Shown piece after piece: positions 50,920 to 62,393 of a stretch of DNA of 64,000 nt. The stretch's first letter is position 1, and the number at the start of each line of letters is the position of its first letter. Below the pieces are notes generated by a model. That model saw nothing but the letters and a program-made list of their open reading frames with translations. It had not been told where the DNA came from and did not search any database. Position numbers and translations under genes: made by a program. This DNA comes from Alphaproteobacteria bacterium (GTDB taxonomy: Bacteria; Pseudomonadota; Alphaproteobacteria; MPNO01; UBA830): positions 1,312,001-1,376,000 of the forward strand of contig OZ251539.1 in NCBI GenBank assembly GCA_965243135.1, in the 5' to 3' direction.

Positions 50920-53325
50920 TCACTCTGCGCTGAAGATCTCCCCCGCTAGGCGTTCGAGTTCCGCGGCGACGCCGTGATCCGCGAGCGCGGCGCGCACGCG
51001 GCTTCTCGTCCGCGTGAAATACTCCCCCTCGACGCTCGGGACGCTGGCCGCGACTTCCTCCGCTGTCTCCGCCGCCGCGGCGATGCGGCGATGGAGTTCG
51101 TCGTTCTCGTCGAAGCGGGGGATGGGCAGGTTGAACACGTACTTGTCGAAGTCCCGTGCGCCCCACTGCCCCTGCGATTGGAACCGCCTCACGCCGGCCA
51201 GCAGCGCGGCGCTGTTGAGGAGGCCGCAGAGATAGCGGGCTTCCCCGAGGCTGTCGGCCGGCGCCCAATAGAGCTTGTGATCGATGATCGCTTCCTCGTC
51301 CTGCACGACCGCCGCTGCAAGGTTGGTTCCGGCCTCGGCGAACAGGACGCAGCTCGGCACCGGAAACAGCGGTCGCACGTCCGGACCGAAGGTCCAAGCC
51401 TCCGTGAACCGGAGCCTGAAGACGACATGTCCGGCCTGCGCGACTTCGCCCTTGTGGAACGCGGAGTACGCCCGGCGCGAGAGGGCGGCGTAGGGCAGCA
51501 CCAGGGCGATCCGCCCGGAGCGGCGCATGTAGAGCAGCGCCGCGCGCATGTAGAAGTAGCTCGCCAGATCCTGCTGGGTCGCCACGTTGCCGCCGACCCA
51601 GAGGCGCGACGCGCGGCACTCTTCGCGGAAGCGCTTCTGGAATTCCGCGCTCATGTAGCGGAACGAGACCCAGGGCGGGTTGCCGACGACGACGTCGGCC
51701 TTGCGGACGTCGGAAGCCAGCCAGACCGGCCGCGCGAGGTTGCGAGCGACATGGCCCCAGATGTGGTTGCGCCCTTCCTGCTGCAAACGCCGCATCGCCT
51801 CGAAGGTCGCGACGAGAACGCGCCTGTCCGTTGGCGACGCGAGGTCTTCCCGTTGCGCCCAGGCGTCGAACTCGTCCGGTGTCGCGCCGCGGTCGCCGAA
51901 ATCGATCATGCTGCGCAGAATGCGATCCAGAAGCCGCGCGTCGGCCGCCACGCCGGCCGGGAAGCGCAGCGTCGCCGCGCCGAGGCGCTGGGGTTTCGGG
52001 CTGGTCAAAGTAACTGGCGGGACGAAGATTTCCAGCATCTGCTCGTCGACCAGCAAATCCGGCTGTGCGCCTTTCTCGGCGGTGCGGGCGAGGTTCCATT
52101 GCAGCGCGTCGCCGAGATAGACCGGCAGCGCCACCTGTCCCGGATGGCCGCCGCGAAGCGCCGGCATCAGCGCCAGCAGGTAGGTGACGCGGGCGAATAT
52201 GACGGCGACTGGATGGATGTCGATTCCCGTCACCTTTTCCGTCGCGCGGCGAACCGCTTCGGCGGGTGGCAGTCCCGCTCTTTCGGCGGCGTCGAGAACC
52301 GCCCGCACAAGGTGGAAGAGGAACGTCCCGGAGCCGCAGGCCGGGTCCATCGTCCGGAACTGGAGCGGATATCCGTCACGGCGGCCGCGACTATGCGTGC
52401 CGCCAGCCAGTCCGGCGTGTAGTACTCCCCGAGGTCGTGGCGGGTCTCCGGATCGATGAGGCTCTCGTAGAGCGCTTTCAGGATGTCGACGCGGATGTCC
52501 TGCAGCCGGAACCGGCTGACGTGACGCCAGATTCGCATGACGAGGTCGCCGTCGGCGTTGGTCGCCGCGACCCAGTCGAAGAAATCGGGTTCGGCCTGGC
52601 AGGTGATGCCGAGCTTGGCGAAGCCTTCGCCGTGGAGAAGGGAAGGCGGGTCGGGCGGCGTGGCCATCGCCGCCCAGGCGATGGCCTTGGCGATGATCGC
52701 GAGATAGATGTGCTGCAAGATCGTCGCTGCCGACCTCGGCGCCGTACGCGAGACCGAGCAGCCTGCCCCACAGTTCCCTCTTCAGCTGCGCTGGCGGCGG
52801 ACCACAGTTCGGCGAGATCGTCGAGGGCGCGGCGGGTGCCGAGACTCTCGCGCCCGAACTCGCGCATGACCGTCTCTGGATCGGGCGGCAGGTCGCCGCC
52901 GATCGCGACCGCGCCCTGAAGCCAGGCCAGAAGCGTGCGAGGGCCTCCCAGTCGGTCCGTTAGCGGGCCGCAATCTCGAGGTTGTCGTTTCTGAGAAAGC
53001 AGGCGAGAAATTCGAAGCCGTCGGTAGCGAGGCCGACATAGCGTTCGCCGGTGGCGTCCTGACGCTCGGCAAGGTACCGCGCCAGTCCCCTTTCGGCGTC
53101 TTGGCGCTCGCGCCGCAGATCGGACTTGAACTCGAAGACGGTCCGGCCCAGCAGGGCGTCGATGCGTCCGTTCACTTCCGGCGCGGGCTTCTCGAAGTCG
53201 ATCTCCCGGCTTGCCGCGCCCAGACCGTCGACGAGAAGCCGGTACAGCAGCGTGCGCACCTTCTCGTGGCCGGGCCGCGATGCCAGTTCGACGACCGTTT
53301 CGTTCAAGACTTCCGCTGTCAGCAT
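50920..53325 (-). pseudogene. Fused restriction endonuclease-N6 methyltransferase (type IIG-like), frameshifted
   Basis: GRIDAL..VFEFK, LGEYYTPDWLA, DPACGSGTFL, VVGNPPW spread over several frames. Confidence 0.85.
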
Positions 53326-54290
53326 ATTCTCGTTTCGGGAGGTCCCGCACCCCTCCGTGTCCGTGCTCCGGACCGCAGCATACAGGCGGAAGGAGGAATC
53401 GGTAATTCCGCGAGCCCGCAGCGCCGGCCCCGGGCCGTCTGCGGTTCGCTCGCGGGAAATGCCGCAAGGCGGCGTCCAGACGCCGCCAGCCGTTCGCCGG
53501 TAAGGCAACGGTCCCCGGTTGGTTTGCGTTGCCTTCGCGACCCAGAATGCTTCCGGTAAGTTCTCGGCAGTCTGTAGTCGTGCTTCCCCCTGTGGACGGT
53601 CATTGACCGCAGGGAGCGCCTTTTCCTCGGCTGACATATGAAGACGGGCGGGCAGGGCGGGGCGCAGAGGATCCCGGAGGTGCAACGGTTCAACGTTTGG
53701 CCGCGCTGCGTCGTCTCGGCAGTCAAGGCCGTTCGCGGACGCGAGGAGCGTTGAGATGCTGGCTGGCGGTTTCGGAAACAGGAAGGAGAGGCGACATGAC
53801 CGGCGCGGCCTTTGCAGCATCGCTTGAGCGGCGCATTCGGAAAGCATACGAGGAGAGCGGAAACGTTCTCGGGTGGCGTTTTCTCTCCAGCCCGGCGGGA
53901 ACGTTGGATTCCGCCGAGGTTGCGCTGATCGACCAGAATCCGGGCGGCGATCGTCAACCGGACGACCATCCCGAATTCGCCATGGAGAAAGGTAGCGCAT
54001 ACGAAGAGGAAAAAAGGGACCATCCCCTGTCAATTCCGAAGCGCAACGCAGCCAGTCGGCACGCAAGGCAGGCGAGTTAAGCGTCCCGCCGCTCCTCCCT
54101 CCGAAGGCCGCTGCGCGATGCTCTTCGCAGCCGCAACGCCTTACGCCGGCCCCGCGGACGCCTTCCCGCAACTTTTCAGGCGCTTACCGGTCGAGCGCCG
54201 CGCGAGCAACGAGCGCTGCCGCCTTCGATGGCGCGCAGGCCGAACCCGCGGCGGCGTTCTTTCGCGGAGGCGGCCGTGACGGGAAGCCGT

Positions 54291-55823
54291 TCAGGCGGCC
54301 TCGCAATCGAAGCCGACGATGTTGCGCTCCTCGCGGCTGAACTCCACCCCGATCATCTGCACCGAACGTCCGAGACGGCGGTACTTGTCCGCGTAGCCCT
54401 TCTCCCGCAGTTGCGCGATCGCGGTTCCCTCCCGCCCGCGTTCCACTACCTTGAACTCGAACAGGTAAACGCGCCCGCCGGCGCGGATCGCCATGTCGGC
54501 GCGCCCCTGGCTGCCGCTGTCCTCGGCCACCGGCTCGACGCCCTCCATCAGGAAGCAACTGTGGATGACGCTCGCGTAGTGGGCCTCGTACTTCGCGACG
54601 GGGCTGGTCGCGTACCATTGGTGCGGGATGGCGGCGAAGACGCCGCGGAACAGGGTCCCGAGGCGCTCGAAGTCGTTCGCCTCCAGCAATTCGCCCAGCC
54701 GCAGGCGCTGCGTCTTCTTGCGCGCCTCGACCGGAAGCAGTTCTCCCAGCAGGGCCTCGCCCAGGCTCCGGCGCACCTCGAGGTTCGGGTAGTCCAGCCG
54801 GTAGCGCCCGTCCTCCTCGCCGACGATGGTGAGATAGCCGGTCTGGAACAGAAGCGCCTCGACCGAGATATTGTCCACGTCGAAGGTCGAGAGCAGGCTC
54901 TCGCTGCCGATCATGCCGTCCAGATCCGGAGTGGGCAGGTCGCGGCGCGTCAGCGTCTCGACCAGGAAGGTCGGCGTGCCGCTCTGGAACCAGTAGTTGC
55001 CGAACCTGCGCTCGGCGAGCAGCAGCAGGATGCCGAACGGATTGTAGAGCCTCTCCGGCCCGCGCCAGTTGTAGCCGTTGTACCAGCGGCGGATCTCGTC
55101 CCGGTCCAGGCCCTCGAGTTCCGGGGCGAAGACCGCGTCCAGTTCGTCGTCGGTATAGCCGCAGATGTCCGAGAACTCCGGCGCCAGCGTGATGTCGCGC
55201 AGGTTGTTCAGGCCCGAGAACAGGCCCGATAACTTGCTCACCCCCGTCAGAAAAACGAAATGGAGCTGCTCGTCGCAGGTCTTGATCACCCCGTACAGGC
55301 TGCGCAGGAAGTCGCGGTTGGCCAGCGCCAGTTCCCGGTCGCCGAGCGCGTCCAGGATCGGCTTGTCGTATTCGTCGACCAGAACGACCGCCCGCTGTCC
55401 GGTGCGCTCGTGCAGCGTCCTTATCAGGTGCCGAAAACGGACCGCCGCCCCGGCGGGGCCCGGTTCGAGGCCGGCCTGCATCTCCGTCTCTTCCAGCTGC
55501 GCTTCCACGGTTTCCCGAACCCCGTCCGGGCCGTCGAAACGGCCCACGCCGCTGAAATCCAGCCGCACGACCGGATGGTGCGCCGACCAGTCCCACTTGT
55601 CGTGTATGGCGAGGCCCCGGAACAACTCCTCGCTTCCCTCGAACAGCTTCTGCAGCGTGTCCACCAGCAGGGTCTTGCCGAACCGGCGCGGACGCGACAG
55701 GAAGTAGTAATCGCCCCCTTCGACGAGCCGTCGCACATGGTCCGTCTTGTCGACGTAGTAGCAGTCTCTCGTCCGGATTTTCCGGAGGGAGGTCAAGCCG
55801 ATCGGAAGCACGCGTTTCGTCAT
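54291..55823 (-). CDS. AAA-ATPase-like + PD-(D/E)XK protein, copy 3
   Basis: SRPRRFGKT, LVDEYDKP, GRADM...FEFK, QLREKGYADKY. Confidence 0.88.
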   Translation of the reverse strand: MTKRVLPIGLTSLRKIRTRDCYYVDKTDHVRRLVEGGDYYFLSRPRRFGKTLLVDTLQKLFEGSEELFRGLAIHDKWDWSAHHPVVRLDFSGVGRFDGPDGVRETVEAQLEETEMQAGLEPGPAGAAVRFRHLIRTLHERTGQRAVVLVDEYDKPILDALGDRELALANRDFLRSLYGVIKTCDEQLHFVFLTGVSKLSGLFSGLNNLRDITLAPEFSDICGYTDDELDAVFAPELEGLDRDEIRRWYNGYNWRGPERLYNPFGILLLLAERRFGNYWFQSGTPTFLVETLTRRDLPTPDLDGMIGSESLLSTFDVDNISVEALLFQTGYLTIVGEEDGRYRLDYPNLEVRRSLGEALLGELLPVEARKKTQRLRLGELLEANDFERLGTLFRGVFAAIPHQWYATSPVAKYEAHYASVIHSCFLMEGVEPVAEDSGSQGRADMAIRAGGRVYLFEFKVVERGREGTAIAQLREKGYADKYRRLGRSVQMIGVEFSREERNIVGFDCEAA

Positions 55824-56161
55824 TTGAAGAGGGTAGGCCGCCGCGCCGGAGCCGTCAAGAAGTCGGCGGCGGCAGGCCTGTCTGCGTCCCTTGGCGCTGC
55901 AAGCAGCCAGCAGCTTCCGCGGCGGTACGGGCGGGCGGCAGGGAAAGCGCGGAGGCGAGCGAACCTGTCGCTCCGCGGAAATCCTGCCCCGCCGAGGCGA
56001 GCGCGTTCGGCACGCTCAACGCGCGGCCAGGGAGGCCGCGGGCGGAAGCGAACGCCGACGGAAGGCGCCGCCACTAAAGGCGACGCGCAACGACGTCGAC
56101 GCCGGCTTCGCGAGCCTCGACGGCAAGGTTGACGCCTTCGCCGCGGAAACCAGGGCCGACG

Positions 56162-57798
56162 CAGCAATTCCCGCTAAGGCTCGAAACCCGTGGAAAATAT
56201 GGAGTCCGAAAAAAATTTTTCGTAGACTTTTCGAGGTGATTCGGGGCTATTTGCCTTCGAGCGGAGCATCTTTCTCTGGAAAGTGGTCCGAAGGCGAGGC
56301 GGGATTGTACCAAAATGGCCAGAATGCCAGGCATGCGCAAGACGCTCAGCGCTCCGGGATTGCTGAAGGCGCTCCGGGAGGTTTTTGACGGCATTGAGGA
56401 TCTGACGGCGAGTCGAGGCGTCGCTCTTTCGGACTGCCTGATGTCGGGGATTGCGGTATTTGGTTTGAAGTACAAATCTCTTTTAAAGTTTGATCGCGAC
56501 GCACGTTTTGATGAAACGGTTCGCAATAATCTTGCGACGTTGTACGGGATAGAGAGAGCGCCTTCCGACAGCAGGTTGCGCGAGCGTCTGGACGACGTGG
56601 ACCCCCGTAGTTTACGTCCCGCTTTCACGAAGATGTTCCAGTTGCTTCAGCGTGGAAAGGGTCTGGAAGGTTACACCTGTCTAGGCGGGCATTATCTTTT
56701 ATCCGTTGACGGAACGGGATATTTTTCATCTCACAAGGTGCACTGTAAAAGCTGCTGTGAAAAGCATCACAGGAACGGAACAATCACGTACTACCACCAG
56801 ATGCTGGGGGCAGTTCTCGTGCGCCAAAAGGAAGTTTTCCCTCTTGCACCGGAGCCGATTACCAAGAAAGATGGAAAGAAGAAAAACGATTGCGAACGCA
56901 ACGCAGCGACACGACTGTTGCGCGATGTGCGGCGGGAGCATCCGTTTTTGAAATTGATAGTGGTAGAAGACGGACTTGCCTCGAACGGCCCGCATGTCAA
57001 GCATCTCAAGGAGTTGAACCTTCGCTTCATACTGGGCGCGAAGCCGGGAGATCATAAATTTTTGTTTGATTTAGTGGACAGGTCACGATCTGTGAAACGT
57101 GCTGAATTCTCCGATAAAGAAGGTATAATGCACGAATTCAGATATCTTAACAAGGCACCACTCAACGATGCGAATTTCGACCTTGAAGTCAACTTTGTTG
57201 AATACTGGGAAAAGCATCCCGACGGCAGAAAGCAACGCTTCTCTTGGGTTACGGATCTGCCAGTAGGAGATCACAACCTGATGGAGATAATGCGCGCCGG
57301 ACGTGCGCGTTGGCGTATCGAAAACGAGACCTTCAACACCCTGAAGAACCAAGGTTACAACTTCGAACACAACTTCGGTCATGGTTACAAGCATCTGTCG
57401 AATGTCTTTGCTAACTTGATGATGCTGGCTTTCCTGATCGATCAGATTCAGCAGAGATGTTGCAATCTGTTTCAAAGAGCACGGAAGAAAGCCGAGCGTT
57501 CCATCTACTTGTGGGAGAAGTTGAGGGCTATGTTCTTCAACTTTTCACTACCAAGCTGGGAAACGCTTTATCGTGCGATAGCGTTCGGATATAAGAAACC
57601 GATTTTGGAACCTTACGATACTTCCTGACATAATAAATTTTCGAAGTGTGTAGCAGGTTCTTCAGGGGGAAACATAACCAACGAAAGCTCGGCCATAAAG
57701 CCGAACGTTAGACGTCTGTCCTGACGGTCGTGCCTCCTGTCGAGAGAGTCCTTTGCATCTGATTTAGCAGGACCACTACGAGTTAGCGGGAATTTCTG
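56162..57798 (+). mobile_element. CAG-ended IS, copy 3
   Basis: Same IRs; 9-bp TSD GGGCCGACG (56153-56161, 57799-57807). Confidence 0.95.
56315..57628 (+). CDS. DDE transposase, full reading frame
   Basis: VDGTG, VEDGL, GRARWRIENETFNTLK (YREK-like). Confidence 0.92.
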   Translation: MARMPGMRKTLSAPGLLKALREVFDGIEDLTASRGVALSDCLMSGIAVFGLKYKSLLKFDRDARFDETVRNNLATLYGIERAPSDSRLRERLDDVDPRSLRPAFTKMFQLLQRGKGLEGYTCLGGHYLLSVDGTGYFSSHKVHCKSCCEKHHRNGTITYYHQMLGAVLVRQKEVFPLAPEPITKKDGKKKNDCERNAATRLLRDVRREHPFLKLIVVEDGLASNGPHVKHLKELNLRFILGAKPGDHKFLFDLVDRSRSVKRAEFSDKEGIMHEFRYLNKAPLNDANFDLEVNFVEYWEKHPDGRKQRFSWVTDLPVGDHNLMEIMRAGRARWRIENETFNTLKNQGYNFEHNFGHGYKHLSNVFANLMMLAFLIDQIQQRCCNLFQRARKKAERSIYLWEKLRAMFFNFSLPSWETLYRAIAFGYKKPILEPYDTS

Positions 57799-58762
57799 GG
57801 GCCGACGCAACTCGACGGCAAGCGCCCTCGCCAGGGAAAGCCGCGCGCCGACGATTGTCGCGGCAGGCCTCGCCGCCCCTGTGTTGGTTCGCCGCCAGAG
57901 ATCCGTGCGCGCGACGACATGCGCCGCAAGCGGCGAAACGCCTGAACGTCAGACAACGGTTTCGTCGAACGAGAGCGTCGTCCGGTCGAGCGAGCGGACG
58001 TCCGCCGCCGAAAACCATGGGTTCGTTCGAAGCCATCAACCGAAGCGGCTCACGAAACCGGAAATCTGGAAATGCAACGCAAGGCAGGACCACCTTGCAA
58101 CCGCCACCGGAAACTCCTTGCCGTTGCCGGTCGTGCGCACGAACTCCCTGTACGGGACACTCCCGTTTCTTGGCCGTCCTGCCGCCGAGCAGGACCGGAA
58201 ACGTGAACCTGGAGGCGCGAACCGCCCTCCCAGTCCCCGACCCGCGACTTCTCTTCGACGATCTCCGGGCGCATGTCCGTCCGGCCCGCCCTTTGGCGCG
58301 CGAGTTCCCCTTCTTGCCGCGTCGCCGCCGGAACAACGTTCCGCCAGCCCCTTCCATGCGCGCCTGCCGCTCGTGGCCGACCGCCCGGAGGCGCAGGCGT
58401 CCCGAGCCGGGACTCCGCTGCAGGGACAGCTTCTCGTCGGCTTTGCCCCACCGGGTTCCGAGGCTGCGCCGAAGCCGCGCTGCGGCGCTCGGTCGCCAGC
58501 CGGTCGGCCTGGTCGCGCCGGCCCGCGTTGCGGGTCGGTTCGCGGCTGGCGGGGTGGCGGCCGAGCCGCGTCGCTGCCTCGCCGCCTTCCTTCTACCAAC
58601 GTTCGTCGCGGGCAGACGTTGGCCTCTATTTTTGAACTCACCCGCCTGACCTCTCCGCAACGTGCAAACGGTCGGTCAGCCACCACGCGTGTTGCGCTTC
58701 AAACTTGAAGTGGCGGGACGTATTCGGTAAAGTCCATTTCCCCGAGCGCGAGGAAGTTTGCA

Positions 58763-59869
58763 ATGAACGCTGAACTGATCGAACGCATAAACGTCTCCGA
58801 GCTGGCGTTCGATGTCCGCAACCCCCGGCTTCCCGAGTTCGACCTGACGGATGCCACGCCGGAGGAGGATGTCGTTCGCCTGTTGTGGGAGACAATGGAC
58901 GTGCGGGAACTTGTGATGTCCATTGCCGCGAGCGGTTTCTTTTCTCATGAACCGCTGATTATTGCGTGCGAAGACGGCAAGAACGTGGTGATCGAGGGCA
59001 ACCGCCGCCTCGCCGCCGTGAAACTTCTTTTGCATCCCGATCTTGCGCAAAAGGTAGGCGCCGAGGTTCCTGCTCTTGGGAAGGAAAGAAAGGAAGCGCT
59101 TAACGAGCTTCCCGTCGTGCATGCGACGCGCGAGGGGGCGTGGCGTTACCTCGGTTTCAAGCACGTCAACGGCCCCGCCAAGTGGGGAAGTTATGCCAAA
59201 TCAAAATACGTCGCCGAAATACATAGGAAATACGGCGTTAGTCTTGAAGATATTGCCAAGCAGATCGGCGACACGCACAGGATGGTGCAGAGAATGTACA
59301 GGGGTCTTATGGTCATTGAGCAAGCGGAACGATTGGAGCTCTTTAGCCGTGAGGATCGCTGGAGAAGGCGTTTTTATTTTTCTCATATGTACACCGGGAT
59401 TGAATATCGTGGCATTGGCGGGTTCATCGGTCTCCGTCCCGCGGCTGACGAGGCTCCTGAACCGGTTCCTTCCGACAAAACGAAAGAACTCCGCGAACTC
59501 TGCTTGTGGATGTATGGAAGTAAGAGGGAGGATAGGCAGCCGATCATAGAACGGCAAAATCCGGATCTTCGGCATCTCGAAGCTGTCGTTTCCAACGAGG
59601 AAGCAATTGCCGCCCTTCGGGCAGGTGAAACGCTTCGTATTGCCTACGAAATAAGTAGACCGTCTTCGAATGTTTTTGAGGAAAGCTTGACGGCTTCGAG
59701 GCGAATTCTTGAAAAAGCGCAAAGCAAAATGTCCGCTGGTTATGATGGATCCGAACAATTGCTTCGAATCGCCGGAACCGTGTTGACAATCGCAGAAGAT
59801 CTATACAAAGAAATGGATCGTAAACGTAATCCGGAAGACAAAAAGAAGCGCCTCACGGTCGACAACTGA
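58763..59869 (+). CDS. ParB/Sulfiredoxin-like N-terminal domain protein
   Basis: FDVRNPR, LVMSIAASGF..EPLII, VVIEGNRRLAAVK; central HTH-like segment EDIAKQIG. Confidence 0.8.
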   Translation: MNAELIERINVSELAFDVRNPRLPEFDLTDATPEEDVVRLLWETMDVRELVMSIAASGFFSHEPLIIACEDGKNVVIEGNRRLAAVKLLLHPDLAQKVGAEVPALGKERKEALNELPVVHATREGAWRYLGFKHVNGPAKWGSYAKSKYVAEIHRKYGVSLEDIAKQIGDTHRMVQRMYRGLMVIEQAERLELFSREDRWRRRFYFSHMYTGIEYRGIGGFIGLRPAADEAPEPVPSDKTKELRELCLWMYGSKREDRQPIIERQNPDLRHLEAVVSNEEAIAALRAGETLRIAYEISRPSSNVFEESLTASRRILEKAQSKMSAGYDGSEQLLRIAGTVLTIAEDLYKEMDRKRNPEDKKKRLTVDN

Positions 59870-60813
59870 TGTTTAAATTTCCGGGCGTTCCCACTGTGCG
59901 TGCGTCCGCGCACGAGCTTGCGGATTTCGCCGAACTGATGGCCTGGCGGGATGGGAGTGTATCGACTACTGATTTATCACGGGCCATCGGAAGGATCGAA
60001 GAAAACGACTATGGTGCAGGAGTGCCGGAGGAGGACGAGGCGGAGCATGACGCGGAAAGTGCTTATATTGAGATAGAAAATCGCGATTGCGCTTGCGGAA
60101 CGAGCGCGAGCTATCCGTTTTTGATTTGCGCCCGAGGGAATACGCTCGTACGGCATTCTGAGAAATTGAATTGCCGACAACTGGTTTATCTTTACTTGCT
60201 TCTCGCAACTCGACTGAATATGCGTGATAATCGAATGCATGCTGGAATCGATGGTGCGCTTCTTTTCGAGAAAGTATGTGCCGACGTGGCGAAATCCTAC
60301 CTCGGCGACCGCGCCGAAAGCATGGTGTTCGGAATAGCGGCGGAGGCCGGTGGATTTCGGAAGAGGATCGAGGATTTTTGTCGCCAACTTGGTGAAGGAG
60401 GAGGTGTGAAGGACAAGGTGAATCCCAACGTGAAAGACGACAATCTGGACGTCGTCGCATGGAAACCGTTTGCCGATTCATGGCAAGGTAAGCTCATAAT
60501 TTTCGGCCAATGCAAAACAGGAACGAATTACAGAGATATGCTGAGGCAGCTTCAACCTGACGCTTTTTGCGACAAATGGCTACGGGAAAGGCCACCAGTC
60601 GTTCCTTTGCGCGCTTTTTTTGTTTCCGAAGCGTTATCTCGGTCGGGCGGCCGGTCACGGTGCCAATGGTACGAACATTCCGTTGACGCCGGGCTTCTCT
60701 TCGACCGTTGTCGGATCGTCGATTTCTGCGATAGCGTAGCGGAAGAGATATTGGAGGAAGTCAGGACATGGACCGAGGCTGCCGCTGAGTGTACCGAACT
60801 TCCTGCTCCCTGA
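59869..60813 (+). CDS. Hypothetical protein with restriction-endonuclease-like fold
   Basis: FEKVCA..., KDDNLDVVAW...IFGQCKTG (D..D...QxK, Mrr-like); TGATG coupling to the upstream gene. Confidence 0.65.
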   Translation: MFKFPGVPTVRASAHELADFAELMAWRDGSVSTTDLSRAIGRIEENDYGAGVPEEDEAEHDAESAYIEIENRDCACGTSASYPFLICARGNTLVRHSEKLNCRQLVYLYLLLATRLNMRDNRMHAGIDGALLFEKVCADVAKSYLGDRAESMVFGIAAEAGGFRKRIEDFCRQLGEGGGVKDKVNPNVKDDNLDVVAWKPFADSWQGKLIIFGQCKTGTNYRDMLRQLQPDAFCDKWLRERPPVVPLRAFFVSEALSRSGGRSRCQWYEHSVDAGLLFDRCRIVDFCDSVAEEILEEVRTWTEAAAECTELPAP

Positions 60814-61549
60814 CACGGTCTTGCGCGCGATCCACGCGAGGATCGGCCAAACAGAGCGACACAGACGCGTCGGCCCCGCTGCGGTTTCCTGCTTGGATGT
60901 CCGCAACCATGGACGGCGACAGATTGTCCGCGGCAATGGCCGCGACCAGCGCATGTCTCCGGGGACCTGGCGGCGCCCGCCCGGAGCGCTGCCGAAGGTT
61001 TCCGCGTCCGACGACTCGCTTCGCCGTGCCGACCGACGGCGAAACCACGGCGGAGGCGCAGAAACGGCGAAGCAGGAACACCACGACCGGAATGTCCCGC
61101 GCGGAACATTGCCCGCGAGGACGACGTGGACGATCCGATCTTCAGCGAGGCGGCGACGCTCGAAGGCCAGCGTCACGGAAGCGCTTCTCGACCATGCCGT
61201 TAAGAAACAGCGGTGCGAGGAATTGGCGAACTTCTTGGTGCCTCGCCGGCCGGCCGAGGCCTGGCTGTAGGCGGAGGAGCGGCGCGGACGGATTGTCTAC
61301 CAGCCGGTTTTCATAACGGCGTTCGACCGCACCGAGGCCATCGTGCGCCCGAAGCACGGACCATGGACGTTCTGCGCGCGAAATCAACGTGCGCTGCCGC
61401 GGCTACCCGCTCTATCGGAGAGAAAGATAAGCGCTGCCGGCAGAGGACCAGAGACCGGTCGGGTGCGCGGACCACGGAACGGCCGCATGTTGGCGAAATC
61501 AGAGGCGCTCTTTCCAGCGCGGCTCGGGAAAGCATCCGGCTCCCGACAC

Positions 61550-62050
61550 AGCGATCATCATGAGAAGGTGGAGTAAAGAGCGATGCTTGCCCCGCGGAAG
61601 GAGCTTGTCCTGTTCCCGGGCGGCGGAGCATGTCGGCGCGGTCCCCCCGGTACAACCGGAAACAAGCCGCTGCGGGGTTGTTCTCGTAGGTGGAACAGTC
61701 GGTCTCCTGAACGTTCTGGACGGCATATCGTGCGTGCAATCTGTGGAACTCCGGGATGTTCCGGCTGGTCCGCGAAACTGTCCACGTCCCCGGCGGCGTT
61801 CCACGGCTCCGTTCCGGAATGGACGACCGTCGAGAAGGGGATCCGACCGTCGGTGCCGTCGAGCTCCGCATGGTTTCCTGGTCCACGCGGTTCGATCCGG
61901 TAGGACGCTATGGGTTCCGCCATCTCGCGCCCTGGCTGTTCAGCATCCGCAATGGCGTCCGTCCGGCAGGAACGGGTTCGCGCCGCACTCGACGAGAACG
62001 GCGAAGGCCGCGTAGTTCTTGGCGAGCGTGGTGCCGTGCCGACAATCTTC
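61550..62050 (-). pseudogene. Possible Rpn/YhgA-like nuclease remnant
   Basis: PGREMAEPIASYR and GRIPFSTVVHSGTEPWNAA resemble Rpn motifs. Confidence 0.35.
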
Positions 62051-62393
62051 GTTACCAGTTCTGCAGGACGGCCCGCAGACAATGAAACTGGGGACAGAGC
62101 CTTAAGCCAAGGGTCTGCAAGTGACCGGCGGCGTTCCAGAACGACAGGTTCAGGCTCCGGTGTGCACGTGCATGATAATCGATGGAAACATTTGAAGAAC
62201 TCTATCAAAAGGCTCTTGACAGCAACCGAATTCACTGGTTGCCTCCAGGGTCACGCCACGGCGCTGCGGGGCTGTGTTGAAAGAGAACGGCGTTTCCCGG
62301 CCCCGTCACTCTCAGGCGTGAGAGGAAACGAAAACGCCTTCCCTCCGGGCGTGGAGCGGTCACCCTCGACTATTCTGCACCTGAAACTGCCGA

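Noticed and set aside
53795-54060. Possible uracil-DNA-glycosylase-like fragment (QNPGG)
   Set aside because: Too short and truncated to call
58763-59869. Chromosome/plasmid partition gene
   Set aside because: No parA or parS nearby; coupled to a nuclease-like gene instead
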